From positions 1,216,001 to 1,280,000 of the forward strand of contig OZ242041.1 in assembly GCA_965205215.1 (NCBI GenBank): a stretch of DNA of 64,000 nt. Direction: 5' to 3'. A program made the translations under genes and the position numbers. The stretch comes from Nitrosopumilus sp. Lineage in GTDB: Archaea; Thermoproteota; Nitrososphaeria; Nitrososphaerales; Nitrosopumilaceae. This document shows, one piece after another, positions 18,001-26,354 of the stretch. Positions within the stretch are counted from its first letter, which is position 1. Every line of letters begins with the position of its first letter. Below the pieces are notes generated by a model. The model was given only the letters and a program-made list of their open reading frames with translations. It was not told where the DNA came from and did no database searches.

Positions 18001-19966
18001 GTTCACGGCGCCCGACGACTCGGCCACCCTCACATTCAGGTTTGCGGCCACCTCCGGCCCCGCCACCGCGGCTGACGACGTCACCATAACGGTCGTCGCG
18101 CGCGAGATGGTGGTCGCCGACGCGGGGCCCGACCAGTCAGTCGACCCGGGCGACGCCGTACATCTTGACGGCACCCGGTCGGCGGGCGAGGCCCCCCTGG
18201 CGTACTCGTGGACCCAGACTGCGGGGCCCGTCGTGCTCATAACCGCCGCGGGCACGGCCTCCCCCTCGTTTGAGGCCCCCGACTTCCGCGCGTCGCTCAC
18301 ATTCGAGCTGACCGTAACCGACGCGGACGGCGGCACGGACACGGACACCGTTACGGTAACGGTCCGCAACATCGTACCCGTCGCGCACGCCGGGTACGAC
18401 CGGAACGTCGGCGAGGAGATGACCGGGACGCTTGTCGGCTCGAGATCGTACGACCCGGACGGCGACCCCCTCACGTATTCCTGGACCCAGACTGCCGGCA
18501 GCCCCGCCCTGGCCCTCTCCGATTACAGCGCGGCGAACCCGACGTTTGCCGCCCCCCGGGTCTCGGCGGACACCCCGTTCACCTTCCGGCTTACCGTATC
18601 CGACGGGCTGGCCTCGGACACTGACACAGTCGTAATAACGGTAAGGGACGACAACGTGAACCGCACCCCCGACGCGCGCTCGGGGCCGCACCAGACGGTC
18701 CGCGAGGGCGAGACCGTATACCTTGACGGCGCCGGCTCGTCGGACCACGATACCGGCGACGTGCTGCGGTACTCGTGGGAGCAGACGGCGGGAAGCCCCG
18801 AGGTTGCGCTCTCCGACCACACCGCGGCGAGCCCGACGTTCGTCGCGCCCCAGGTCGGCTCGTACACGGAGCTCACGTTCACGCTTACCGTATCCGACGG
18901 GCTGGCCACCGACACGGACACCACGACCATAAGGATACTCGACGTGCCCCGCAACAGCCCGCCGGCCGCGGACGCGGGTGCGGACCAGACGGTCACGGAG
19001 GGCGACACGGTCCGCATGTACGCCACGCGCTCGTCTGACCCGGACGACGGCGACTACCTCAGGTATTCGTGGAGCCAGACTGCCGGCCCCGCAGTCGCCC
19101 TGTCGAGCACCGGCTCGTCGTGGCCCACGTTCACGGCGCCCGACGTGCTGTCGGACACCGCCGTCACATTCGAGCTTACCGCGACCGACAGGAGGGGGGC
19201 CACGGACACGGACACCGTTACCATAACCATACTGGACGTACCCGAGACGGACGCCGACCCGATCCTCACCATCGTGCATGAGCGCGCAAGCGTCAAATCG
19301 GGCGACCACTCCACCAGCTACAAGTCCGACGCCCGCTGCTGGGACCTCGAGGACGGGGACATCTCCAACCTTGTAACCACGTCCGTGGCGTTCCACCCAA
19401 ACGGCAGGGCTACCATATCCTACGAGTGCACCGACAGCGACGGCAACCGCGACACGACCGTGCGCATAGTCGCGGTGTCCGGCTCGGCCCCGCCCGCGCT
19501 GTACCTGAACGGGCTTCCCCTGGTGGAGGTCGCGCAGGGCTCCTCATATGTGGACGCGGGCGCCACCTGCGTTGACCCCGAGGAGGGCGACATCAGCGGC
19601 AGGGTCAGGGCCTCGGGTACGGTCGACACCTCCCGCGCGGGCACCTACACCGTGTTCTACTCGTGCTATGACGGCGACGGCAACGGCGACACCGGCGTCC
19701 GGATAGTGATTGTACAGCCCGCGGGCGCCGACCTGGCCCCGAGGCTGACGGTGCCCGGCGACGTCACCGTTGCGGTGGGCGGCTCGTTCACGCCGCCCGC
19801 GGCCACCTGCACCGACGCCGAGGACGGGGACATCACCCACAAGGTAGGGGTCGACGACTCCGCGGTCGACACCTCCACGCCCGGCAGGTACACCGTATTC
19901 TACACCTGCGCCGACTCGGCCGACAACTTTGTCTCCGGCTCCCTGTACGTCAGCGTCAACCCGTAG
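12008..19966 (+). CDS. Giant secreted modular surface protein / adhesin (LVIVD-like propellers, many PKD-like domains, DUF285 block, C-terminal DUF5011-like Ig domains)
   Basis: 2652 aa with signal peptide MGRRRFAQTLCLAAILALAAAALA, AGGTG SD upstream, and the same repeat classes as 3..6845. Confidence 0.93.
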   Translation: MGRRRFAQTLCLAAILALAAAALAAPEGLAEPALAQALLDNPVAAGSIADTGDILLREATKITTFEVDGTVYAIVTITSETSHAGIQILNLSNPAAPTAAGNLSDTADLLLTFSHDAAVFTVSGNTYAAVTSPGDGGVQMLQLADSGGLLANPTAAGNIEDGGGRLLGNAKDISLFEVSGATYAAVAGGARFGDNGVQMLKLTSDTGTLLANPRDAGKIADNNSLLLEGADGIATFEVSDAIYAAVAAGRDDGVQMLKLTNDAGTALLSSPEDAGKIADGGSLLLDGADGIATFEVSGAIYAAVAASGDNGVQMLKLTNDAGTALLANPTDAGNIEDGGSLLLDNPDDITILTASGTIYAAVTASGDNGVQMLKLANSSGLLANPEDAGKIEDDGDTLLESPTGIATFEDSGTTYAAVAALFEDGVQILQLTAAGTPADNTAPTVDAGAAQTVSEGDMVTLTGTATDPDDSDVLTYAWTVSPATPAITINDDDALSTTFTAPEVTTDTDFVFTLTVNDGTVDVSDTVTVTVSNVNRAPIADAGGDLIVAQGVTVMLDGTGSYDPDGGVLDYTWLSIGNVVTLTGGNTATPTFTAPSSTATFIIALVVNDGEHNDRDEITVTVPALPVSDAGSDVPALAGDTVALNGTGSTGTALTYFWNQTAGPDVTLDFIDVRPVGWIGDTEPDGLLLHNPLGVAAFEHGGTPYVVAAANVDNAVQVIDMSDPASPAAVGNLTDGDSRELSGPRGIDIFEHGGTIYAAVTAERDDGVEIVSLADPANPAGVGRLTNDNNRELNGPRGIDIFELGGTAYAAVAGRDDDGVQIISLADPANPAAAGKIGRGANVQLDNPEDVAVFGHSGATYAAVTATNDDTVLILKLTDGSGQLLADPVVAGLLEDNSTLALEDPRNIDIFEAGGTAYAAVASSSDHGVQIISLADPANPAAAGKIVASDGSGLHLGTAYGIDIFEVNGAPYAAVTAQAGLGNVEIIDLSDPANPERVGDFHSNATFQLPNTNGVAAFEVGTKTYAAVTSADFVDIPLNGIRVLELADRAAPRFTAPAAPATLEFDLAVTDAASQADTDSVTVAVRDPFVTTWNTTAANQAIKIDVGTSTAPYDVDWGDGSAQTGVTGDQTHTYGEAGIHTVSITGGLEQFRLGDTDRANRERLASIEQWGDVGWTGMRDAFRGASNMAYNAADSPDLSGVTDMGGMFREATAFNGDISGWDTSGITDMSDAFNGARSFNRTLSDWNTSSVTDMGNMFNGAHAFNGDISGWDTSRVTDMGGMFNGAIAFNRDINTVTDTATGETRWDTSSVTDMGRMFSGAAAFNGNVSAWDTSSVTDMNRMFFSAQAFDQDIGAWDVSAATDMDRMLTGATAFSQNLGKWYVTLDTDAPRVSDTDRVAGTISAQNSVLDGHSPSYAAAAEGDSAKFEVTAAKVLRLKDGQTVTPDTTLEVTVTVNGTGVLGTGNSVTVPVAAAASANTAPTVNAGTDRAVNERTVVTLAGTATDPDTGDSLTYAWTVSPASPAITITNSDALSASFTAPEVTSDTDFVFTLTVNDGTVDATDTVTITVSNVNRAPTADAGADQAVNEREAVTFDGRGSSDPDGDDLTYSWSQTAGSPTASPTSTDGPILAFVAPEVSSDAVLTFTLTVSDGGSLSGTDTVNVTIRNVNLPPTADAGADQAADENTVVTLDGSGSSDPDGDRLLYSWKQTAGSPTVSLSSNTAQSPTFTAPAVNAETALTFRLAVSDGTADVDTDTVVVTVRDVSDLTVSAGADRDVDEGDTVTLAATVSNATLRVTFEWTTDSSIAISDDDTRSASFTAPMVDSDTDYTFTVTATDGNKTATDSVVITVLDVPLAVDAGEDRTADEGSTVDLAGTVEGASLQVSFAWTTDSGIALSGSGTRSASFTAPMVDADTQYTFTLTATDGAETASDTVTITVADSLPLEADAGRDRTVRGGDSVTLTGTVRNAASSSPTYSWTQTAGTPAVSLSGSSTPAATFTAPDDSATLTFRFAATSGPATAADDVTITVVAREMVVADAGPDQSVDPGDAVHLDGTRSAGEAPLAYSWTQTAGPVVLITAAGTASPSFEAPDFRASLTFELTVTDADGGTDTDTVTVTVRNIVPVAHAGYDRNVGEEMTGTLVGSRSYDPDGDPLTYSWTQTAGSPALALSDYSAANPTFAAPRVSADTPFTFRLTVSDGLASDTDTVVITVRDDNVNRTPDARSGPHQTVREGETVYLDGAGSSDHDTGDVLRYSWEQTAGSPEVALSDHTAASPTFVAPQVGSYTELTFTLTVSDGLATDTDTTTIRILDVPRNSPPAADAGADQTVTEGDTVRMYATRSSDPDDGDYLRYSWSQTAGPAVALSSTGSSWPTFTAPDVLSDTAVTFELTATDRRGATDTDTVTITILDVPETDADPILTIVHERASVKSGDHSTSYKSDARCWDLEDGDISNLVTTSVAFHPNGRATISYECTDSDGNRDTTVRIVAVSGSAPPALYLNGLPLVEVAQGSSYVDAGATCVDPEEGDISGRVRASGTVDTSRAGTYTVFYSCYDGDGNGDTGVRIVIVQPAGADLAPRLTVPGDVTVAVGGSFTPPAATCTDAEDGDITHKVGVDDSAVDTSTPGRYTVFYTCADSADNFVSGSLYVSVNP

Positions 19967-20239
19967 GTCCGGTTGCCGCCGCCGCTGCTGCTGCTGTTGA
20001 TACGGCGCCAGAGTCCGGCCTTTTGCAGGCCCGCCATCCCCGGACGCGGACTATCCGCGCGGAACACGGGGAGTCTGCGCACCTGACGGCCGGACGGTTG
20101 GAATTGTAACGTTTCGGCCGACAGGCGGCCCGGACCTGTTTCGCGCCCGCCCCTGAATGATTTGGGTGAAGACGGGGCGGGCGCTGACAGGGATCCCAGC
20201 TGTCATGCGCGAGGGTGTCCGTGCCCGTGCCCCCACCTC

Positions 20240-20375
20240 TGCCTGACGCCTGCCAGAGTCGACAGAGTCGACAGAGTCGACAACTTTGTCGACACCCGTG
20301 CCTGACGCCTGCCAGAGTCGACAGAGTCGACAAAGTCGACAAAGTCGACAAAGTCGACAACTTTGTCGACACCCG
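20240..20375. repeat. Two blocks of 9-bp repeats containing 10 GTCGAC palindromes
   Basis: GTCGAC at 20258, 20267, 20276, 20288, 20317, 20326, 20335, 20344, 20353 and 20365. Each block starts with tgcctgacgcctgccaga and ends with an inverted unit. Confidence 0.95.
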
Positions 20376-20502
20376 CGCCTGCAATCTTGCAGTCCGTAGT
20401 CTGGAAGATGAAGATTCGTCACGGGTAAAGGGTATCGGGTTCTTGATCAAGGACACTGCATGCGACATAACTAGGACGCTGTTTCGTCAAAGAACAGAAA
20501 AG

Positions 20503-20527
20503 TGGACCGGGTGGGGTTCAGATCCAC
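20503..20527 (-). other. Distal att site (degenerate tRNA-Val 3' end)
   Basis: tggaccgggtggggttcagatccac vs tggaccgggtgggattcggacccac. Confidence 0.85.
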
Positions 20528-20703
20528 AGTGGATCTTAATCCCTTTCATAACGGCAGAAAGCGAACTGGGACGCTTACAATATCCCTACTCTCCTTTTTT
20601 TCTAAACGAATTATTGCATATTCTGTAGGCATAGTTTGAAACCACTTCGGTCGTCTTACGAGAATCAACCGCTTATGGTTTTCTGACATTGTCTAACGTT
20701 AAA

Positions 20704-21441
20704 TTAGATTAGTTTTGTATGTCGAATTTTTTCAATCAAGTTAACCAGCATCTCACCCTGATTGGATCTTTTAAAGTCCACGTAAGTTGCCCTAGTTTGT
20801 ATGTTCGAGGGTATCTCCGTACCTTCTTCGACGATCAAAATGGTCGGTTTTCCAGTAGCCTGTCCTATCTCATCAATAACATTCTGGGCGGACTGGAATT
20901 TTGCATTTTTAGTTTCGGTGTCTTTTGTGAGCATGGCAAGAAGCGCGTTGGATTCGTCTATCATTCTGCTGATTTGTACACCTGGTGGCAGATCCGGCTT
21001 GCCTCTCTCGGAGGCGGACACGACCGTAAAGCCCATGGCTTTCATGAACCTACTGACAAGACTGTACAGGTCGTCATTCTCCGGCCGCATGGAATAGCTG
21101 ATAAAGACGGTAAATCCTTTCAGCGAGAACGGGGGGAGGCCTTCTTTCAATGGTACGACTGTACGTAGCTCACCTTCAATCAATCTGTAGCGGTATTCTC
21201 CGCTGATACCTACATCACTATAGATGACAAAGAGTCCTGATTTCCCTTCAATATTTTTGATATTTTTCAGTCCAACGATTTCCGATCCAAACGGCTTAAT
21301 CACTTGCACGTCGGTTTCATGTACAACGCCACCGTTTGAGTCATAAAACTTGATGGAATACTTTCGTTGTTCGTCTGACATGTTTGTCATGAAGATTTCA
21401 CTACCTTCCCATAATATGTCGTATTGACCGGTAAGATACAT
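20704..21441 (-). CDS. TIR-domain protein with a beta-rich N-terminal domain
   Basis: TVFISYS...MIDESNALLAMLT...NVIDEIG...PTILIVE...YVDF matches the TIR pattern, including the catalytic-position Glu. Confidence 0.78.
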   Translation of the reverse strand: MYLTGQYDILWEGSEIFMTNMSDEQRKYSIKFYDSNGGVVHETDVQVIKPFGSEIVGLKNIKNIEGKSGLFVIYSDVGISGEYRYRLIEGELRTVVPLKEGLPPFSLKGFTVFISYSMRPENDDLYSLVSRFMKAMGFTVVSASERGKPDLPPGVQISRMIDESNALLAMLTKDTETKNAKFQSAQNVIDEIGQATGKPTILIVEEGTEIPSNIQTRATYVDFKRSNQGEMLVNLIEKIRHTKLI

Positions 21442-21693
21442 AACATATCAATAGTTGACTGGTATTTATTACGCGCGACGGCAGGTCTTGCAAAATGGGA
21501 TCAGTCACCTCAGACAGCTGGCTGGCATGGCGTTTTTACTATCGAACGCCAAGCAGTATTGACTCGTCACGGTATGGACAGTGACAAGTATGTAAAATGC
21601 CGCAAGATAGACGCGTCCCAATCTCTCCCGTAATATGAGAAAGAGCCCTTCATCTATTCCGTATACGTCGATTACGCATAAACTCTAACCTAC

Positions 21694-21725
21694 AAGATCT
21701 TCATATGTCGATATATGAAGATCTT
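21694..21725. other. Perfect 13-6-13 inverted repeat
   Basis: AAGATCTTCATAT-gtcgat-ATATGAAGATCTT. Confidence 0.85.
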
Positions 21726-21768
21726 TTCGTTGAATTACATTGTATGATTCTGTACTTTTTGCACATTC

Positions 21769-22533
21769 TCAACTGCTGGCGTCGCTGTACGCTTCTGCCT
21801 TCCCTTCGCAAGATAGGCGCAAGACGGTGGAACCGTCGCAGTCGGGCATCTCCCTGCTGTCTTCCCCCATCTTGGCCGAGATGCGGAACCTTCCAGAGAT
21901 GGCCATGGCCCCCTCTTCCTCGTATGGGGCGGGGCCTACCGTGGAGCCGTCTTCTGCGAGGCGGAGCGACAGGGTCATGCGATCCTGCTCTACTTCCTTG
22001 GCTTGGCGGTGGATGCTGTCGATTCTAAACCCGTCCCGCATGCGTCCGAACAGGGGGGTCATGATCTCATCCTTCAGTTCCCTTATGTGCCATGGTAGGC
22101 TGCACACCTCTGCCGCCTTGTCCTGGTCATATCCTGCTCCTTCTGGATCCGCATCCAATCGAACTATCCTGCTCTCTTCCGGGATTATTGTGGAGTCGGT
22201 ATAGTATATCTTGTACATCCGGCCCGGGCTGCGGACAAAGACCTTGCCGTCCTTGATTGCATCCTTCCCTGTACGAGATATGGAGTACTTGCCGTCGTAT
22301 GCTTCTATCAACTCCTCTTTTTCGCAAATCTCAAGGATCTTTTTACTCACCGGCTCCATTCCCGGAAAGAGCTCAGAGGAGAGTGACTCTGCACTGGCTC
22401 TGCCCCGCATGTCCCTTACGTGCAGCAGTACCGGCAGAATGTACCGGTGCGTGGGTATGGATATCTCAGCGTATACTATGTAGCATTCCAGCTTGATCTC
22501 TGCATCCGTCTCCATTCTGTTCATAGCCTTCAA
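21769..22533 (-). CDS. Hypothetical protein (possible winged helix), coupled to the helicase
   Basis: 254-aa ORF overlapping the helicase stop; wHTH-like segment 'ILEICEKEELIEAYDGKYSISRTG'. Confidence 0.7.
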   Translation of the reverse strand: MKAMNRMETDAEIKLECYIVYAEISIPTHRYILPVLLHVRDMRGRASAESLSSELFPGMEPVSKKILEICEKEELIEAYDGKYSISRTGKDAIKDGKVFVRSPGRMYKIYYTDSTIIPEESRIVRLDADPEGAGYDQDKAAEVCSLPWHIRELKDEIMTPLFGRMRDGFRIDSIHRQAKEVEQDRMTLSLRLAEDGSTVGPAPYEEEGAMAISGRFRISAKMGEDSREMPDCDGSTVLRLSCEGKAEAYSDASS

Positions 22534-24977
22534 CCCCCATGTACAGGCGTGTTCTTGGCAAGTGCGCCCATCAACGATCTTGAGCGGATCATGGCGCTTC
22601 TGTCCCCCACAATCACGTTCTGGTACCGCGCCCTTGTTATCGCGACGTTGATACGGTTGGGATTTTCAAGAAAGAGCGTGGGGTGGTTGTTTGCGATGCT
22701 CAGGAACACCAGGTCAGCCTCGTGCCCTTGAAAAGAGTCCAGCGTGCGGCATTGGATTGTCACGATCTCCCTATCGCCGTCCCGCAGCGCAAATTCGTAT
22801 CCACTCTTGGGCTGCGCGATCCTTTTGATGTGGGACAGTATGGTCTGCTGCTGCCTTGTGTAAAACGCCAGTATGGCCACCTCCCACGGCAGGCCGTGAT
22901 CTGGCTTGGCGATGCCCGCAAACGTGTGGAATTTTACCAGTTCGTCCACTATGCGTTCGGCCTCGGCCTCGGATCTGTTCTGGGCAGCACCCCTGACGTC
23001 GATCCAGATTGACCTCTTTTCGAATTCGTCGTACTGCCACTCCCGTTCGGATCCCACGGCCTCTGGGGTCTCAAGTGCCCGCCCTTCGTACACGTGCGCC
23101 CGGGGAAACTCTGCTATCTCGGGGTGCATCCGGTACTGTCGTTGTAAGAGCACGTGCCGCTTTGCAAAGTCTTCTTCCGGGATGCCCTCTGTCATGATCG
23201 TGTCCTCCCTTGCCCCATAGCCGTACTGGAGCAGCTGCAGAATGGACGGGAGTGCAATCTTTTTGACGTCTTCCAGCCTGAGGCGCACGGCCTTGTCGTC
23301 TGCCGGCATGAGCCTCTCGATCTCCTGGCTGACCCGGTGCCCCGAATCATCCTCGTGTCCGGACAGCGATATGATACGCCACGCCATCTGCGCCCCCCAC
23401 GTAAGGTCCTTGTCCGGCCCGTTCCGCGGGAGACGGACCCTTGGCTTTTTCTGGTTTAGTTTGTCACGTATCTCGTCGTATCCCCTGATTATGACACGCC
23501 CGGAGTTGGCGTCTTGGAAGAAGCCGCTGCCAGCTTTTGATATGGAGTCTGCCGTTCCAACCACGATTCCCTTCCATGCATGCCCCGGCGGCCTGTCGTC
23601 GGCATCGTGCAGGGCGACCCCGTGCTTGTCGCACTGGCGCCTGTATGCGTCTTTCACAGGCTGATCCTCCACGACCGCTATGATGCGTCGGTCTCCACTG
23701 GAGGCCAGAAACGCGTCGAGGCACGCCTGGCCCTCCTCGCGCCCGATGCATGCGTTGACATGCAGGCCAAATTCTTCCTGGCTTGTGTGGGGGGCAAGCT
23801 GTTTGGTATCCCCCACTATTATCCAGCGCTTGGCGTGCAGAGCCGGAACCAGAAATTCCTGAAACGTGGTCTTGGAGGCCTCGTCGAGTATCATGACGTC
23901 GAACATGTCTGTGCTGCGATCTCTGATGTCAGGGTGCTGGAGTATGCCCATGGTTGTCCCACACACGAGGTTTGCGCAATCTCGCGCCATGCTTCCTATG
24001 GTGTCGTCGTGCTGGATCTGCTCGTACAGGGCTCTTTGCGCCTCGTTTTTGTCAGGAATATTATCAAGATGATTGGATATTTTTTCCTGCATTGTGTTTA
24101 CGCACGTGTCGTACAGGTACCCACGCACGAGATCGGAGATCTTCTCCGAGTCGCCTATCCTCAGCGGTATGATGTTGGAGTCGGTAGGCTTCTTTGTGTA
24201 CTGGTCTGTGATCTTTTCCAGTAGGTTGTCCACCGCTATGTGAGTCGACGCGCAAAACAGTACGCGTTTTCCCCGGCGTACAAGCTGGTAAACCAGCTCG
24301 CAAAGTGCGGTGGTTTTGCCAGAGCCTGGCGGTCCTTCCAAAAATCCAAAGTCCGGAGTGGCGAGGGCCTTTTTCACGAATTTCTTCTGTTGGTCAGAGC
24401 CATCGCGTCCGTCCAAGACAAACCACTTGTTTACGCGCTGCTCCTCCACGTCTTTCAGCGCCACTCGATCCCTGTCGTAAAAGATCTTTAACAAGGCGGA
24501 ACTCTCCGGCCGTGGCTTATGTAGCAGGGACTCTATGGCCCTCTTCTGGGCTATCATCGTGTGTGTGTTGTGGTAGACTCTCAGCTTTTCGGTTCTTGGT
24601 TTGCGCGCTAGCTGCCACCTTCCGTCAATGTCACGTTCAATGATGCTGATTTTTGACTCGTCGTTCTGATCTCTGTCCATGTCCTCGTATACATGCTTTA
24701 CATGATCTTCGCTCATAACGTGTCGCCGGTCTTCATCGCTCATCTTGCCTGGTTTGATCCATACAGGTTTGTCATGCCGTGTTTTTTGCCCGGAATTGAT
24801 CCCGTGCGGTGACTCGTACGTATAATCAAATATTATGGGATTTTCCCGATAGTACTTTGTTATGAGTTTGAGGTACTGCAGGTATGGCTGCAATCTCTCT
24901 TTCACCTGCTTTTTGTTGTAGCTGGAGTCCTCGTCTTCCATGACCTCCTTGTAGAGATCAGAGGTTGTGTATGGCAT
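22530..24977 (-). CDS. SF1 Upf1/DNA2-like helicase
   Basis: GPPGSGKT, STHIAVDN, ILDEAS, VGDTKQL, QYRMHPEI, DSFQGHE, NVAITRAR. Confidence 0.92.
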   Translation of the reverse strand: MPYTTSDLYKEVMEDEDSSYNKKQVKERLQPYLQYLKLITKYYRENPIIFDYTYESPHGINSGQKTRHDKPVWIKPGKMSDEDRRHVMSEDHVKHVYEDMDRDQNDESKISIIERDIDGRWQLARKPRTEKLRVYHNTHTMIAQKRAIESLLHKPRPESSALLKIFYDRDRVALKDVEEQRVNKWFVLDGRDGSDQQKKFVKKALATPDFGFLEGPPGSGKTTALCELVYQLVRRGKRVLFCASTHIAVDNLLEKITDQYTKKPTDSNIIPLRIGDSEKISDLVRGYLYDTCVNTMQEKISNHLDNIPDKNEAQRALYEQIQHDDTIGSMARDCANLVCGTTMGILQHPDIRDRSTDMFDVMILDEASKTTFQEFLVPALHAKRWIIVGDTKQLAPHTSQEEFGLHVNACIGREEGQACLDAFLASSGDRRIIAVVEDQPVKDAYRRQCDKHGVALHDADDRPPGHAWKGIVVGTADSISKAGSGFFQDANSGRVIIRGYDEIRDKLNQKKPRVRLPRNGPDKDLTWGAQMAWRIISLSGHEDDSGHRVSQEIERLMPADDKAVRLRLEDVKKIALPSILQLLQYGYGAREDTIMTEGIPEEDFAKRHVLLQRQYRMHPEIAEFPRAHVYEGRALETPEAVGSEREWQYDEFEKRSIWIDVRGAAQNRSEAEAERIVDELVKFHTFAGIAKPDHGLPWEVAILAFYTRQQQTILSHIKRIAQPKSGYEFALRDGDREIVTIQCRTLDSFQGHEADLVFLSIANNHPTLFLENPNRINVAITRARYQNVIVGDRSAMIRSRSLMGALAKNTPVHGG

Positions 24978-25261
24978 GCGTCTTCATTCCCTTGTACTAT
25001 CCTACAGGCATTCATGTTGGAACTTTATAAAGAATCTGGCAGTTTCAATATTTGGAAAAGTACTAACCGCTGTTGGGCAATCCAGAGCAGATCAGATTCA
25101 TCATAAAGAATGATACGATCAGTGACGAGACTATTCTGATCTGATGCACATAACCACTTGACAAGGACATCCCAAAAGCCGACTAACCAAGTTTGCAAGC
25201 GGATCGGAGAACGACAAGCTTAAATCAAAGATTCTATTACAAGGAATTTGACGGTGATCCA

Positions 25262-25543
25262 ATGATAAAAAAGAAAAGTTACGGAACATCTTCAGAAAAA
25301 AAGCTAGAAGAAAAATCACGACAAGTACTTAAAACATGTACTATTACTAAAATTGACCCCACACGATACCAAATAACGTCACAATCAGATAAGAACAAAT
25401 GCTATACGGTCAGATTTGTGAATACGTGGCAGTGCTCGTGCAAATACCATACTAGTGGCCATGGTGACTGCAAGCATATCATGGCCGTTCAAACTATCAA
25501 AAGAATGGGTGACATGGGATTTGGTGGGATAACAACGTCATAA
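25262..25543 (+). CDS. SWIM zinc-finger protein, probably the N-terminal remnant of a transposase
   Basis: WQCSCKYHTSGHGDCKH (CxC-xn-CxH); no DDE domain follows. Confidence 0.6.
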   Translation: MIKKKSYGTSSEKKLEEKSRQVLKTCTITKIDPTRYQITSQSDKNKCYTVRFVNTWQCSCKYHTSGHGDCKHIMAVQTIKRMGDMGFGGITTS

Positions 25544-25725
25544 TATGAAAGAATATGATGTAAAGTAACTATACCTGTTCAAGTCGCACTTGAATTTATC
25601 ATCGGATGTACATGTCATGTTTATTTGTGATTGCAGATTTGTTGCCTCGTTGCCTGATGCCGAATCGTAGTTGAACCACGGCATCATGTACTGCGCAGTA
25701 CGGTGGTTCAAAGTTGAGGTGGGTG

Positions 25726-25802
25726 CGGACTCGGTGTAATCCGAATCCACAGTGAACCCTAATTCCTTTCATAACTGCAGAAAGCGAACCTAGGCGCTTA
25801 CA
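25726..25802. repeat. Second, internal copy of the island end (att-like plus 52 bp flank)
   Basis: 25751-25802 matches 20528-20579 at 43/52 and is preceded by a 17/25 match to the tRNA-Val 3' end. Confidence 0.8.
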
Positions 25803-25892
25803 GGCTCTTGCCACATTTTTATCAAAAAAGTTACGTTGGATTTTGCAAGTGTAGGTTTTGAGGTTGCTATGGTTTTCCCATAGAACATGGGG

Positions 25893-25977
25893 CGCGGAGG
25901 GGGGGATTCGAACCCCCGCACGCTGACGGCGCCCTCATTCATCGGATGAGCGCCCTACCAGACTAGGCAACCTCCGC
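25893..25977 (-). tRNA. tRNA-like gene: Ser/Leu-type body, atypical anticodon loop CCGATGA
   Basis: Acceptor GCGGAGG/CCTCCGC with G73, D-arm GCC-TAGTCTGGTAG-GGC, stem CTCAT/ATGAG, long variable arm, T-arm GGGGG-TTCGAAT-CCCCC. Confidence 0.7.
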
Positions 25978-26354
25978 AACACTTTTACATATGCTGTACC
26001 ATACTAGTTTTACGGTTCCTGAATGGATGAGTGCTGACGGCGCCCTCGGGTTCCGTTTCTTCATTATGTGATTTGATCGCTATCCTGTGACGTTGTCTGA
26101 TACCATGCCCTTGCAGTGATCCGATGTGATGATCTCATCTACAGTCAGAGGCCTACAGACTACACTTGTGTGTTTCTAGTCCTGATTTCTTAGGCTTCTC
26201 ACTCTGGCCCAAACTCCTCTGTTGGCTGTAATGTGAACTTATCCGATTCCATACCGACTGTTTGCGTATTGGTCTGTAGAACCGGTAGGGTTACCATAGT
26301 TGGCGAGAAACACTTCTGGCTAGATGACTGATATACTTAAGTTGGTTTGAATCA

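Noticed and set aside
855-19893. Long antisense or alternative-frame ORFs over the surface genes (e.g. 1827..4817, 15343..17487)
   Set aside because: Shadow ORFs produced by high GC and repetitive coding on the opposite strand.
20240-20375. CRISPR array, or CDS 19956..20468 / 20215..20628
   Set aside because: The 9-bp units have no unique spacers, no cas genes are present, and the ORFs are only translations of the repeat.
25599-25814. ORF crossing the internal att as a split SSV-type integrase fragment
   Set aside because: No integrase motifs, and coding is not convincingly conserved between the two end copies.
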